NCBI RefSeq assembly: GCF_009914755.1
Contig: NC_060925.1
DNA length: 64,000 nucleotides
Reading direction: 5' to 3' (one strand)
Origin: the human T2T-CHM13v2.0 reference genome, Homo sapiens
In this document: piece by piece, positions 26,118 to 42,858 of the stretch
Position numbering within the stretch: position 1 is the stretch's first letter
How the letters are laid out: each line of letters starts with the position of its first letter
Notes under the pieces: model-generated
Told to the model about the DNA's origin: nothing
Database searches by the model: none
The model's input: the letters and a program-made list of their open reading frames with translations, nothing else
Made by a program: the position numbers and the translations under genes

Positions 26118-29100
26118 ATGTCACTTTTTTTTTGTTCACACAGACAAGCACTGACAAGGATTAAGCTGACTGTTTCTATAGGAAAATATTCATATAGTGA
26201 CATTCTTTGACCTGTCCCTGACATATTCTATAAGGACAGCGTTGGGGAGTGCAATGTCACAAAGCAGAGAAAAGAGGATGAGAACCCAAAGAATAAAAGA
26301 GTAGGAAAAAGAGATGAATTTTTTAGCTGATGAAAGTGTATGGACTGGCATAGTTGTTTCTTTCTTCCTTTGTAGAAACAGGTGTTCCACACAAAAGACA
26401 TAAATGGGAACCGAAATCATACTAGAGGGGTAGAGGAAGAGACCGTGGTTGTATAAGAAATGCTCTAAAACTAGATGAACATATAATTTTCCATTCAAAT
26501 CAGGACCTTTTGAGAGTAAATGGGTAGTGACTAATAACTATGCCAGAACAAATGGTATAAATTGAACTGTTCTGGGTAAACAAGTACACATGGTCATCAT
26601 ATCAAAACTCATTTTTTTTTTTTTTTTTACCTCTTTTAAAGGACACTCTTGGAGGTCCTTCAGGAGGGAAAAAATTTCACTAAACAGGCTGCCAATGTCA
26701 TTCTGAATTGTTTTTTCCTTAATAAAATGCCCTAGCAGTTCAGGTCCCATTTCTTAAATGGTCATAGGCATTCCTTAGATGACAGAGAGGTGAGAGATAA
26801 TTTAACCTATTTTAACGTATGAATAAAGTTACAATTACTTACTAATTCCTAGTCTTATCAGCTTTAGCTATATAATAACTTCTACTTATTAAAAAGATAG
26901 CTATCCTACAACATTTGGAGAATTCAAAACAAAGTAGTGTGTAGGAGGGCTTTCTTTGGTTTCTTGGTGGATGTGTGTGGGATGTACGTTGGTAATTCAT
27001 TAATACTAATGGGTGGAGCAGCTGTCAATCCCCTATGCGTGGATGAAATTGCAGACTGTAACTATGACATAGACCAACCTCAAATCCAATGATTTAGTGC
27101 ACTTTATGTGATGATATGAGGTTTTTACTAACCTTGGTGAGAGACATGCAACTGAATTTCCTTCTTCTTTACATTACTCTGTGGGCATTTTATTCTGGGT
27201 CAGATAATCAGCTTGTCATCCCTTTTATGAGTATTACAAATGCCAAAGATAGGGAATCATCTTTTAGTTATCCTCCTGCCTCGTATTTGTTCTGTAAGTC
27301 CCTGAACATCTTCAAGGTCAACTTGAAAACATTCCTCTCTCATACTTAGGTGTCATCTGATATACCATACGGTGCTATCTTTATATGCATTTATTCTGCA
27401 GGGCATCTCTGTACTATGTGATGAGACTTTTGTAAATCTAACAGTACAGGTTGGGTCATTCTTATGAAAATACATTCTTTGGAAAGCACATGAGAAAATA
27501 TCTTATGGGTACTATATGGTAAGAAAAAAATGCACCTGTATAATTTTCATTCAATTATCTGGAGCAGACATAAAGCAACATAATATTAAATTATAATTCA
27601 TAAAATAACAATGCCTTTTTCCTGAAAAGCAATTTTTTTCCTGTAGAAAATGTATCAAACTAAAATTATTGACAACTTCTTCTGACATTCCCGAACATCA
27701 CAAACATAAATGCATACTCTGGCACTTATTTATTTCTAACTGACCTTAGGTTTTAACTATTCTTCATTTTTCTTCAATAAGAATCCACACTGAATCATAA
27801 TGAATTAAAACTACTTCAGGTTTGCTGGTAGAAATGATATTCACAATCTACCTGTACAGAGAAATACATTAAGGTATGCCAGGATGCTAGAGCTAAAACC
27901 TCATTTTTAAACCCACAGACAAGGATGGCTTAAAATGACAAAACATATCTTCTGAAAATCTTAATCATAAATTGCTTGGCTCCTAACTCTGTAAAAAGGA
28001 GAAAGAACTGCTTTGAGAAAAATACAGTGTCTCTTCCCTGTGGCTCATTTATCCCCTTAATACTACCTGGATTGGAGCCTTAATGCACTCCTGGAATAGC
28101 ACTGAACAATTTGAAACAGATGTGGAAAGCTGAATGTAAAAGGGACAGATTAATGGTTATTTATGAACGATTGGAAATTCTCCCAAGTTACAATGCCCTA
28201 AACACTCTCAATGTATGCACGATGGTGCTGTGGAGATTACTAAGCAATTTATCACACATGGGTAATGGTCAGAGCGACTGTCACCCTGCCCAGTCACTTC
28301 CCGCTGTCAGAAATACACAGGTTGAGTGTTTGGGGAAAGAAGATGTACAGCATGGCCATGAATAATGGGAATATAGGTGAATACACTGTATACACAAATT
28401 AGTTTATTGATTGGATGGGCAGATGGAAGGAAGGAAGGATGGACGGAAAGATGAACACACTGTTTTTGGCATTATTCTGATGAAGTTTGTGAGGACATGC
28501 AATAAAAGAAAAAAACCAGCAAAGAGGAAGTGATCAGGAAAAGACCGAGTCAGAAACTAGCCTTTGGTAAGGAGAGATTTTTAATCACAGCTGCAGCCAT
28601 ATTGTAACCATCATCAGTTACATATACATAAGGGATAGTTCTTGGAAAACACACAAAGGCAGTATCATAGGATGTGTCATCAGAAGAGCTTGTTCTATTT
28701 CTAGCTCTGCTATAAAAAGATGTGCAACCTTTTGCAAGTTTCAGTGGTAAAACAGGGATGATGACAAGATCTGCCACACATCCCTCACTAGGTTGTTACA
28801 AGGATCAAAGAATTAATATGCATGAAAGTACTTTGCAAATGCTAAATACTTGTTTTATTTTATCTATAATATTGCTTCTTGATTATTGTCAATCACTTAC
28901 TTCATTTCTAAGTTTTCCTTTTTTATTTGGCCCATTCATGTGTTATTAAAACAGAAATGTCTAATCCTATGTACAATCCTACCACTCTTTATATTTCAGT
29001 AAACTTGCTAAGCCGCAAGGAACATAGACTCTCATATCACTTTCACCTGAACGGGAACTATTATATTCCTGACAGTCCATTCCTTTACTCAAATGCTTTC

Positions 29101-29898
29101 TTGGCAGTACACATATTCTTTCATTGTTAATTGCTTCCTATATGATGAGTAAGATATGCATTTTCTATCAGTGAACACTTTGAAAACTTGCCAAGCCTAC
29201 CTGCATATGGTTATATGATGGCCACTACCATTAATTCCAAAATACTCATGCACACATACAAAAGAACAAAACCATAAGCTATGCATTTTTGTTATTTCTT
29301 AGTCAAAAGGGGATATGATCCTTAACTTTTGTCCAATGTATAAACAGTGAAAGTTCATGAGGTTGTTCAAAAGACAGTACAAAATGTCCCTATCTCTGGC
29401 ATAGTTCTCTTGTAAAGTGGCTGTCATTGGCTTAGAATTCTGAATAAGTCTAAGAAACTCATACCTTGGTCTAGGATCTCTGAAATTAAATTTACCTTCA
29501 ATTTGTATGGGTTTATAATTGCATCGAGTCATCAAAATACATGACAAAGGCTTCAATTATAGTTGATGGTTTTTCCAATTCACACAAAATTGTGTTTATT
29601 ACATCTCTGAAATTTTGGCAGATGGAAGTGTCAAAAACCCTTAAAAATTAAAAGTTGTGAAATGTATACTGAGAAAAAAAACCCACTAAAAGCCATAAGC
29701 TGTAGATTTGAGATGAATACAACACTGGAATGAGACTTCACCGAGTGTTTCTCCTGTTACTCAAAAATGTATTTGGTGAGGTCCCTGTGTTTCTGCAGCA
29801 AGAAAGGGAATCCTCTGATCATGGGTGTCTTAATGCTTTTTCTCCAAAGTCTCACTGGGTGGGATGTACATGATACAATCCTAAATTATAGTCTTATG

Positions 29899-29900
<2 letters not shown>

Positions 29901-29930
<30 letters not shown>
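29901..29930. repeat. (TG)15 microsatellite
   Basis: Read directly. Confidence 0.97.
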
Positions 29931-29936
<6 letters not shown>

Positions 29937-30770
29937 ACAAGAGAATACCTTTAATGATAGAAAAAAAAATTCGGCAACAAAAACCAGTCTACATGTAGGT
30001 AAGCCAAAACCCACGTTGTTACTCAATACAAAATCTGGAAAGAATCAGGTTCTACCATATCTTGGTGAGAAGCCATATAACCCAAAACCAATCCAGGCTT
30101 AACAAAGGTCCAAAGAAATTTGCTTTTCTAATACTGGCAGACAACAAATGAATGTTTTTCTATCCTTGGCAATTTTAATCATAACTAATTACAAAGAAAA
30201 TATTCTGAGTCATAGCACCATAAACACTAAATGCTCATGGCAGCATGAGATATTTTTAAAGAATGTTACTTTTCTACTAAAAGCAAAAGTAGTGCTTTAA
30301 AGAAAAGTTTATTGACTTCCTAATATGCACAAGGCACTGTGTTACATACTAAGGAATTAAAAATGAATAGACGTGGACACAATCTTCAAGGATCTCATTC
30401 AGACAATGCCATTTCCTTAATTCACTTTTGCTTTGGTTATTTTCATAGATTTTTGTGATATTTTTGATCAGGAAAAAACCTGTGAGGTGATAATTTGATA
30501 GGATTAGGGAGTTGGGAGCCTGGGTTTTATTTTTGGCCTTCTGATCTTGAATAGGTCATTCAACCCTTCTTGGCTTCATTATCCTCACCTGTGAAACACA
30601 GAGCACGACCTAAGGATTTCCAATGTCTCGGCTACCACCAATGTTCTTTGCTTATATTATATAAGCACTTTTGCAATGCCCCCACAGTACTCCACTCAGT
30701 CATGGTTGGCCAAAAAACATTTGATGCACAAATTCTTAATTAGGGATGATGTGTGTCAGTAATTTAATCT

Positions 30771-31080
30771 TTTTTTTTTTTTTTCTTTTTGGGACGGCAT
30801 CTCACTCTGCTGCCCAGGCTGGAGTGCAATGGCGCGATCTCTGGATCTCTGCTCACTGCAACCTCCGCCTCCTGGGCTCAAGTAATTCTTCTGCCTCAGT
30901 CTCCCGAGTAGCTGGGATTACAGGCACATACCACCATGCCTGGCTAATCTTTGTATTTTTAGTAGAGATGGGGTTTCACCATGTTGGCCAGGCTGGTTTC
31001 AAACTCCTGACCTCAAATCATCCACTCGCCCCAGCCTCCCAAAGTGTTGGGATTACAGGCATGAGCCACTGTGCCAGGCC
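30771..31080 (-). mobile_element. Alu (AluSx-like), full length, with 13-bp TSD
   Basis: TSD agtaatttaatct at 30758-30770 and 31081-31093. Confidence 0.96.
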
Positions 31081-34000
31081 AGTAATTTAATCTGATAGCA
31101 TTTATTTACAGAAGACAAGGACATTTCAGCTTCTTAGTGACGTTTTTAACTCAGTGTGAAGCGGTCTATTTTCCGAAGCACATAAAGGTTGATTTGTTAG
31201 AAATTGCATTCATTGATTCATTCTTCAGGAATTCAAATTATCATGAATAATTAAAATTCAATATATGCTATAATTTGATAAATTATTTGGCCACAACTCT
31301 TAAGGGCATGTGCACATGCATACTTTACTGAAACCACTTGCACCATCAAATCAATAATCACGTCAGATGGAATTCCAAATTCATGGCCCACTGAAAGTAT
31401 TCTGTGATTGACACAAACTTTTAGTCATTATGGCAGAATGTAGCTTACATAGTAATAAAATAATGGAAGAAAAAGGACCACAACAGAATTTCTCAGAACT
31501 TTCTCCCATAATGTTACTCCCTTACCCTGCAGGAAAAAAAAAGAGATAATACTTCATTGTCTGAACTTCTACTTAGATGGCAGTGTCCTCATCTAAGTAT
31601 ATTATAACCTACATTGCACTGTACCAAGTATTGGAAAAATACAAGAATTGTTAACCAAAAATGCCCATTTTGAGAATTAACAATTAGGACCTCACCCACT
31701 TTGTCAGGAGGCCTGCCAATTCCCATACTACAGTCTGTACACTTGGAAACATTCCTGCAAATTCAGTTTATGATCTATTTAATCAAAGCCAGTTGACAAT
31801 CACCCAGGGAAAATGTTTCTTACAGGCCTTTACTAATGCCTATTATCTTCTATAATCATCTCTCCCAAGGCCTCCCTTGTTCTAGTGCAGTCACATACTG
31901 CCTTTTTCTCCTTTCCTGTAATTAGGGACTCTGATTTAACTCAGTATTTACAGGCAAATACCTGTCAAAATCAAGGTCTCATGATTACAGGACATACTAA
32001 TGCCGACTGAGCCTCTACACTTTCACATAGCTTTTTATCCCCATGGCCACAGTTTCAATTCTGCCTTGGCTTCTACTGATTTTACTCAAGGGATGGGGTT
32101 AATAAATCAGTGGTAAGAGGCAGTTTAGAAGAAAAGCCAAGATGAACAGCGGGACACTGGGAAAACAAGCTCCAACACTGCCTTAAAAGGATCATTGCCA
32201 TGATAAAATCTGAGTTTGAGACATCATGAAGAAATGCCCTTGGATAGGAATCTGAAGGGGAAAAACACTTACCAGTTCCAAGAAATGTTTACTCTCTGGT
32301 TTATAACCCAAAGCAATGAGTCTTTTGGTGTCCGGAATCAGTTTTCTTAACAAAGGAGATCTGATTCTTTCTTACATTTCTGTAATGTTCTTCTTTGCCT
32401 CTGATGATGATGCAGACTAACACTTGAATTTTAGATCAGGAAGAAAAATACACAGCTTTAGAAAATTCTACTGGAGCTAATATTGTTGTGTGGTCTAGAA
32501 AGGATTAGAAGTCTCCTTTTAATCTAGGGCAAAGGAAAAGAATCCTTTGAAGTGACTGACTTCTGAAGTTTCAGGGAGAGGTGCTGGAGGGAAAGATCTA
32601 CTAACTCCACTCAGCTGCACCTCCCTTCTCCAGGCTCAGAGGGTTTCTGGGTTGTGCGTTATTGCACAGATCACTTATGTTCTCAGTCACATTCCCTAGG
32701 CAGCGTTTGTTTTCTGTAAACCCCTCTCTCTCTTTTTCCTTCCCCATCTCCATCACTCTCTGTGAGGTATCCTGGGTCTTCCTCAATCAAACCTGCTCTG
32801 AGAAAAGGGCTCATGATTTTTACCCTGATGATTATTTAAATCAACCAATCTCTTCAGAATTGATCATTTGCATTTTTATGTCTAATTATGAAGTAAAAGT
32901 TTAATCTCTGATTAAAGAAATTTCAAAAACTGGGTATGAGAATTGGGAAGGCAGAATAGTCTTCTATGAGACCATATGTGCCAGTGGGACTCTTCACATT
33001 AAATATTGGGAAGAGGAAACCTAAAAACAAAACCAGAAACAAAAAATACCTGATTATCATTTTTCCATTTCCGGAAAATAAAGCATGTCTTTCAAAATCA
33101 TTAATCATTATACCCAAATACACTTTTTTCTCCTTTTCAATCTCTTTTCAAGTTTACTTCCTATGAGACTCACAACACTCCATGAGTCATTTAAGAATTA
33201 AAATCTCATTTTATAGAGGAGAAATTTGAGGAAACAATGTTAAGTAGTTTTAAAATTATTCTGAGAGAAAAAAGGCACATTTAAATCTGACAGATGAAAA
33301 AATACTTTAATGGTCTTTCAAATGACATCATAAAGTATAATTTAATAAACAATTCCTTTTAAAACTTGTAAATAACACCTTATGGAGATCACAACTCTAA
33401 ATAGGCTTATTCATTCCAGACCTATGGACTGAATGCCTATTTTATTCTAGGAACTGAGATAAAGTAATGAAACCCATAGCTTTTATATTTCTGGAGTGCT
33501 CTAACCAGGCAGGAAGAAGGATAAAAAGACCCTTAGGACACAGTATGATGGGTGTTATGATAGAAGCCTTTTTGGTTCTGAGAAGACGTCAGAAAAGGCA
33601 ACCCAGTATTGTGCCTTGATGATAAGGAAGGATTTAGCTGACACAACGGGGGTGAAAGGGAAAACCAGGAAGAGGGTAACATATACATCAATGGTTGGAG
33701 GTTTGAGAAAACAGGTCTCCTGTGAAAAAGATCCCCCTAATCAGCCCTTCATTTTTCTATTCAGCTTAAAATGAAGAAAAAGTATCTGTAAAAAAAAGCG
33801 AGTCACCTGGACTGTTTGAAGACCAAATACAGCAGTCCTGTGGGAAGTAAAAATTATTGACAAGGTAAACTAAGACAAAGGCCAGCTTACAGAACATTCA
33901 TCACCATTGTGTCTGGATGGCTGAGAGGATGGTAGCAGGGAATCCAGCACCTGGTTGCCCCTGGCCAAGTCAAGAGCCCACCAGCCCCCAGGTTCGTTGC

Positions 34001-35862
34001 CTCTGAAATCAGCATGACTAGAAATGCTTCCTTCCTCCTGAGAACCTCCAAGTTCTCTCTAAGCTCAACTTACTTTCTGACTTTTTATTTTCTGTGTGAC
34101 TCTTCCTGTTACACAAAAAGTTATACATAAAGTGATGTTTTGTTTACTATTTTTTCTACCAAAAAATAACAAAACTGCCTTTAAAAGTGTGTTTTTCTTA
34201 GAGGTGTTAGAAAATTAAATGACTCTCCTAAAACAAAGTACAATGGTCTAATATATAGAACTAAAGTAGGGGACCACAAGTCTGAAAAGGACTCTAGTTT
34301 TAACTCTACAACTGCAATTTTATAAACAGGTCATAAATTTGGCCCTTTAAAGACACAGTTCTAAATGAAGGTAACATGATTTTCCATTTACCCTCTTTAT
34401 GAAGACCTTGTGAATTAATCGGAATGTGTGTAAAAACATTTTCACTTCTTAGAATAAAGATCGTGTAGATGTATGATTAGTAAGCGTGAAGTATCACAAC
34501 TATTTTCTAAGTTATTTAACTTGCATTGTGGATAAAAATATATATTATTTTTGGCACTGATTACAGTTCTACTGCTTATAATTGCCTTTTGGTTCCAATT
34601 AGCTTACAAAACTCTCCCTGTGGAACATTTGGATATTCGTAAATGACAATGGAGCAAATAAAACCCCATGATATAAGACACAGAATCCTCACTGTTTCAC
34701 AGTCTTTATTCTAAGAAGAAAACACATATTTCTATGTTTTCTATGCATTCTATTGTAATAGAAACCATAGATGACATGGCTTAATTTTACATTTGCCTGT
34801 TTCTCTGTCTTGCCCTCTCTTCCTTTGTGATAAGTATAGTTATCTTTTCTGGGAAAATAAAGTTTGTAATATGAACAATTTCTTCCAGCATGAAGGATAT
34901 TCTCAGGAGTTACTAAGACTTTTTTATCACATATTGCAACAAAGACTTAAAAGCAACATGTTTATCATCATCAATTGGATGACACGATCAGAATTGTCCT
35001 GCATGTTGTTAGGCTTAGTAAAAACTATGCCTTACACCTGCACTAGAAAACGTGCCCCAAATGGCCAATTTCCTATTTTATATTCATTTCACTTGAAGGC
35101 AATTTTATAGAGCTTTCAAGGGAAGAGGAAGAAAAAAAGAAGAAGACAAAGAAGAAAAGAAAATGCTGCCAAAAGGAATCCTGAAATGCAAAGATTGAAC
35201 AGAGTACATTTTTACAGCTCAATTGATAATTCATTGTTTGAAAGAAGTAATAATGAAAATGCAGATAGCCCACTCATTCAATAGCATTAGAAATTACTGT
35301 TGTTATAATAATAATACAGACTAAATTAATAGCTATTCAAAGAAAGAAAGTTCCTGATATATAGTAGAGGATAATTTGTATTCTCCTGACATAGAGTATG
35401 TGGAAAACATGACAGTCTACTACAAAATCTGACTTCCCACACTAATGAGTGAAGTCATCAACTTGCAAAAACAGAGAAAACAGGTCAGAAAGCATAACTT
35501 CTCAAAAATTTCCAAATAAGCCAAAGCACCTAACTAGTACAAAAGACATTTTTGAAATCAAATACAAAGCCATTGTAACATCTCGATAAGTTTTCTAGAT
35601 TTTTATCTATAGGCTTAACGCTAGATATATTTGCAACAATATGATTTACAAAAACCTTAATTACAAAACTCAAAATGAAAACCAGGTGCATTACCTATCC
35701 TGAGTTCTGATCATTCCTTACATCATGGAGGCCTCCAGGTTAGAAACGGGTTCTCTAGTTTCTGGTTCTCCCAACATGAAACACAGTCAGTTACATAGTA
35801 GGCACTTTATAAGTATATGAATGGATGAATGGTAGGATAAAAAGATGGAAGAATGGATAGGA

Positions 35863-35894
35863 GGATGGATGGATGGATGGATGGATGGATGGAT
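35863..35894. repeat. (GGAT)8 tetranucleotide repeat
   Basis: Read directly; sits after a degenerate L2-like 3' end and before a MIR (~35900-36050). Confidence 0.92.
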
Positions 35895-36977
35895 AGGAGC
35901 CACTATTTAATGGGCACTGTGCTAGAACTCCTTTGTGTATTTGCTTTATTTTGTATGCAGTGATTGTTACTTCCACTTGACAGATAAAACTGAGGCCCAC
36001 TTCAGAGTAAGTAATCTATTTAAAGTCACACTGGTATAGATGGCAGAGTCAGTAACACTCAGCAAAATAAGCTATTATTTCCTAAACACATAACTTGCTT
36101 CTCCAGAGCTAAGTGTGTAGACTCTGAAGATTAGGAAGGAACCAAAAAGAGGTGCTTAAAAACTATGTTCTCAAAAACAATTAAAACACATTCCCAGTGG
36201 GGGAGTCACATATTTTAGGATTCAAGCCATAAAGTACATGTCTTCTTTGAGTATGAAAATCAGCAAATTAACATAAAAGGGGCCACTGTAAACATGCCTA
36301 AAAAAACACATGGCTTCAAAGGATCAACCAGTACATGATTCCACATTTAGACCCAATAAGGAGGAAAGGTCTTTGTTCAGAATTTTTTTAAAAACATGGC
36401 ATTCCAGATTACGCCATTGAGTAAGTACAGATTTAACCCAGTTTCCTACATGTACCTTCCATATGTCCAGTCTATGAAACAAAAGCTAATTTAATCATGA
36501 CAGCCTTGAAACATTGTAAGATCTTAAGTGCTTTTTTCAATTAGAGAAGACTATATCAAGTTCGGTACAAAGACTGTTTAGCAAGTGATTTTTTAAATCA
36601 TACACTAATTTGTCAAAAAGGTACCCCTTATTTGGTAACTATCAAAGCCAAAGTATTGTAACACCTAATTTTTTTTGAGACATAAAATATACTGTTTTAT
36701 TTACAGATATATAAAATTTATATTTATACTAAATGTATTGTTATCATAATACATTTAAATATGAGTATTACAATTTTATCACTAAACCTTTATAACTAAA
36801 ATTGTAAACTTACTAAAATGCAGGCATAATACATGTTTAGCAGAGTCAGCTAACTGTTCCATGGTCCCTACACAGTACATTTGTAAGATTATATAACATT
36901 AAAACTGGTAAAAGAATAAGAAATTTGGAGACATCTAAATTTTCTCTTATTTTCTTCTTCCACTCTAGTATATTTTC

Positions 36978-37621
36978 TCTTTTTTAATTTTATTTTATTA
37001 TTATTATACTTTTAAGTTTTAGGGTACATGTGCACAATGTACAGGTTAGTTACATATGTATACATGTGCCATGTTGGTGTGCTGCACCCATTAACTCGTC
37101 ATTTAGCATTAGGTATATCTCCTAATGCTATCCCTCCCCCCTCCCCCCACCCCACAACAGGCCCCAGAGTGTGATGTTCCCCTTCCTGTGTCCATGTGTT
37201 CTCATTGTTCAATTCCCACCTATGAGTGAGAACATGCGGTGTTTGGTTTTTTGTCCTTGCGATAATTTGCTGAGAATGATTGTTTCCAGCTTCATCCTTG
37301 TCCCTACAAAGGACATGAACTCATCATTTTTTATGGCTGCATAGTATTTCATGGTGTATATCTGCCACATTTTCTTAATCCAGTCTATCATTGTTGGACA
37401 TTTGGGTTGGTTCCAAGTCTTTGCTATTGTGAATAATGCCGCAATAAACATACGTGTGCATGTGCCTTTATAGCAGCATGATTTATAATCTTTTGGGTAT
37501 ATACCCAGTAATGGGATTGCTGGGTCAAATGGTATTTCTAGTTCTAGATCCCTGAGGAATCACCACACTGACTTCCACAATGGTTGAACTAGTTTACAGT
37601 CCCACCAACGGTGTAAAAGTG
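36978..37621 (-). mobile_element. 5'-truncated young L1 (L1PA3-like) 3' end
   Basis: ttatacttttaagttttagggtacatgtgcacaatg...; antisense ORF 37209-37451 is the ORF2 C-terminus (MFIAALFTIAKTWNQPKC). Confidence 0.96.
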
Positions 37622-37719
37622 TAACACCTTATTTTGTAGCTACGTTTAATAATACCAATTACCAACTGGTGAGCTGGGGATAGTGTCAAAATTACCATGG
37701 ACTCTTACCAATTAGATAA

Positions 37720-37880
37720 TCAAATCAATGGCTCACATTAGATTCATCTGGGGTTTTATAAAATCTACTTATGCCTGGGCTCAACCAAGGCCATCTGTGT
37801 CTTAATCTCTGGAAGTGAGGCTGTGTGTTGACATTATTGCAAAGCTCCCCAGGTGATTCAGTCAGGGTGGTAAGCACTGC
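37720..37880. mobile_element. MER5-type hAT MITE
   Basis: cacattagattcatctgggg...aagctccccaggtgattc...taagcactgc. Confidence 0.65.
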
Positions 37881-39059
37881 TCTGGTATAGCCCCACTCAG
37901 GTAATACATGAAGAAACTAAGCTACATAATGATTAAATGACTTGACCAAAGCCATATAGCTATTTGGCTACAGATACATGACTTGAATTTAGTTTTTCTC
38001 ATACTGCCAGTGGTTCATTTCAATAAAACTAGCATTTGCTGGCTAAAAATTCTTTGATTGGCTTAGAAGTATCCATAACGCAATTCTGACCCAAGTTACA
38101 TCTGTATGGGAAACACTAGATGAACTTTAAATATGTGTGCAAAAACTCAAACATATTACTGGCTGCTGGCAAGCAAAATGATTCTTCTAAAGACAGGAGA
38201 CCTAATGTCAAACCAATGATAGGAACTGATAATTGAAGTGTTAGCAGTGTCTGAGTAGTGAACAGAGTTGGCACTCAATGCATACTTGCTATCTGAAATA
38301 AATGTGTTGTTTTTCTCTGTTCTAAACATTAGCCTTACTTGTTTCTAATCATTACATATACCCCAGACATACCCATATATATTGTCATCCATGGGTTCTC
38401 ATTTCTCCTATGATTCTCCTAAGTGTCTCCAAAACCATTCTAATACTATACCAGAAAATCTTCAAGTTTATAGGCTGCTGAAAGGAAATGACAACTAATA
38501 ATGTCTTTTTGTCTAGAAAGAATAGGAGGCAGTAGCATTTAGTAAAAAATGGCACTGGGCTAGTTGTCACAGAATCTCAATTATAGTTCTACTTTTAACA
38601 TTATGTGGCTGTGAGGAATGAAGGAAATAATGAATCTCAAAACATGAAAATAATTGAAAGCACCATCTAAACCTGTGATAGGAAAAATTAGTGAATAAAT
38701 GAAAAAAGATACTATACATAATTAAGTTTTACAAATCTAAGGTTTAAGAAAAAAAAGATGAAAAGAAACAGAGCTTGGTTAGAAAAATATGAATTCCAAA
38801 ATTATCTTTCTAAAGCTAAATGCCTCTAAGCATACATTAGGCATGGTTCTAGGACTCCTGCATGACCTTCAGAGTGATCTCAAACACCACACTTTGCAAG
38901 CCACTTATACGCACCAAGATCTTCAACATTTTGTGTTTGGCTTGACTACTTCCTGTCTCTTTCTTTGTTGTGAAAAACTGATTGGCTTTCAGTGCCCTTG
39001 GAACAGCTCACAAAACCATTTTATTCTTAGGGCTGCTCATGCGGCTTCAAAATGTTTTC

Positions 39060-39502
39060 TGTCTGTGGCACACTGTTATTTTGGTATCCTGGTGAACCAC
39101 ACCTCCTGGTATTTGATTGGTATGGTCCCCTTCCTCTTGTATCTGGGCTGGCCATGTCTTGCTTTAACCAAAAAAAAGCGGCAAAAGTAATTCTGCACCA
39201 GCTCTGGTGTTTAGGCTTAAGAAGGTCCAGCAGTTTCCACTTTTACACTCTTGGGAGCCAGCTACCATATAGGAAGTCTAAGTACCCTGCGATCACCATG
39301 CTGTGAGGAAGATAAGGAACCACTGAAGAGGTCAACGTGCAGAAAGCCTCTGCTGAGTTCCTAGACAGAGGCTAACACTAACTGCCAATCCTGTGGACAT
39401 GGGCATTCGAGACCTTACAGCTGCTCCCACCACCCCAACCATCAACTGAAGCAGAAGAACCACCTTATCACCCCTAGCATTATGAGAAATAATAAACTGT
39501 TA
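39060..39502 (+). mobile_element. MaLR LTR (MLT1F/G/H class), approximate bounds
   Basis: tctgggctggccatgtcttgctttaacc...ccatgctgtgaggaag...gcagaagaaccacc...atgagaaataataaactgtt. Confidence 0.7.
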
Positions 39503-39510
39503 TATAATAA

Positions 39511-41156
<1,646 letters not shown>

Positions 41157-41344
41157 AATCACAAAACTGAAACACTGCCACAAATTTGATGGTGACAGTG
41201 AAAGAAACTCACAAAACTAGTTTCTTTAATTAGCATAAAGACAGCCACCATCCCAATATCCCTAAGGTGCATGAAGTTTAGGAAGGCAGCATGAGCTTCA
41301 TCATAAATAACATGATTGTAAAAGAAGTGCTAGAGCGTAATAGT

Positions 41345-41590
41345 AAAGAGATTGGACTCTTGGCCGGAATTCCTATGTCCGAATAACAGCTCTGCTAAGT
41401 TACTAGCTGTGTGTCTTTGGGCAGACTATTCAACCTCACAGTGCCTCAGTTCACTCATCTATAAATTGAGGATAATAATAGTAATTCATTTTATAGAATT
41501 TTCATTAGTATCATGGGTATTAACAAAGATATTCTTAAAACTCTACCTTGTACATAAAAATGCATAGTGAACATTAGTTGTTGGTGCTAT
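41345..41590 (+). mobile_element. MIR
   Basis: tactagctgtgtgtctttgggcagactattcaacctcacagtgcctcagttcactcatctataaattgaggataataatag. Confidence 0.85.
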
Positions 41591-41928
41591 TGTTGTCATC
41601 ATTACTATAAGGAAAGAATAAATAAGAGGCAATTCTGCCTGGTTAGAAGGAAGACACTGAAAGACTTTAACAAGAAATTATGGAATTGCATTTGAATTTT
41701 GCAGTGATGTGGATTATGGCCACAATAAACCATAAGATTCTGGAGGTGAGATCAGTTAGAAGGTAATCTCAGATATCATGCAACAGCAGATTAGAATAGA
41801 AACTCCACAGTGGAGATGGGCCATAAAATAATTCTAAATATGTCTGGGCAATCCCTAAATATTTCAAAGCTAATTAATGTATTCCTAAGCAATCTATAAG
41901 AAGAAACTGAAAGAGCAATTAGAAAGTA

Positions 41929-42294
41929 CAGATGCTCCTTGACTTATAATGGGGTTATGCCCTGATAAACCCACTGAATATTGAAAATATCATAAGTCAA
42001 AAATGCATTTAATACACCTACTGTACTGAACATCATAGCTTAGCCTAGCCTACCTTAAACATGCTCAAAATAATTATATTAGCCCACAGTTGGGCAAAAT
42101 AATACAACACAAAGTTTATTTTATAATAAAATATTGAAAACTGATATAATTTATTGAATACTGTACTGAAAGTGAAAAACAGAATGGTTGCATGGGCCCT
42201 CCAAGTATAGTTTCTACTGCATGTGTATCATTTTTACACCATCATAAAATTGAAAAATCATTAAATCAAACCATCATAAGGCAAGGACCATCTG
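41929..42294. mobile_element. MER47A (Tigger-derived MITE), 366 bp
   Basis: TA|cagatgctccttgacttataatgg...ccatcataaggcaaggaccatctg|TA. Confidence 0.9.
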
Positions 42295-42858
42295 TATTTT
42301 GAACTGACTGAAAATGAAAATAAACAGCTTTGCAAAATTTTGGGAAGGCAGCAAAGTAGCACTTAGAAAGAAATTTGCAGTACTAACTAACTATACTAGC
42401 AAAAGAAAGGAAAGTACACAAATCAGTGAGCAAACACCCTACCTTAACGAACTAGCAAAAGAAGAGCAAATTAAGCCCAAAAGAATAGAAAGAAAGTAAT
42501 AAAAATCAGAGCAGAAATCGATGATAGGGGAAAAAAACAATAGAACCAATAAAGCCAAAATCTGGTTCTATTAGAAGATCAATAAAATGCATACCTATCT
42601 AGTCGGGCTGACCAGGCAAAAAGAGATACATTACTGATATCGGGAATGAGATGGATAATACAACCACAGATTCTATAGACATTAAAAGGATAATGAAGAA
42701 ATATTATGAATAAAAATTCATGCCATTAAATTTGACAACTTAGACAAAATGGACAAATTCCTTGAAAACCACAATCTACCAAACTCACTCGAGGAGAAGA
42801 AGCAAGTAACCTGAATAGCCATATGTTTGTTTTATAATTTTTTTTTTTTAAACTTCTA

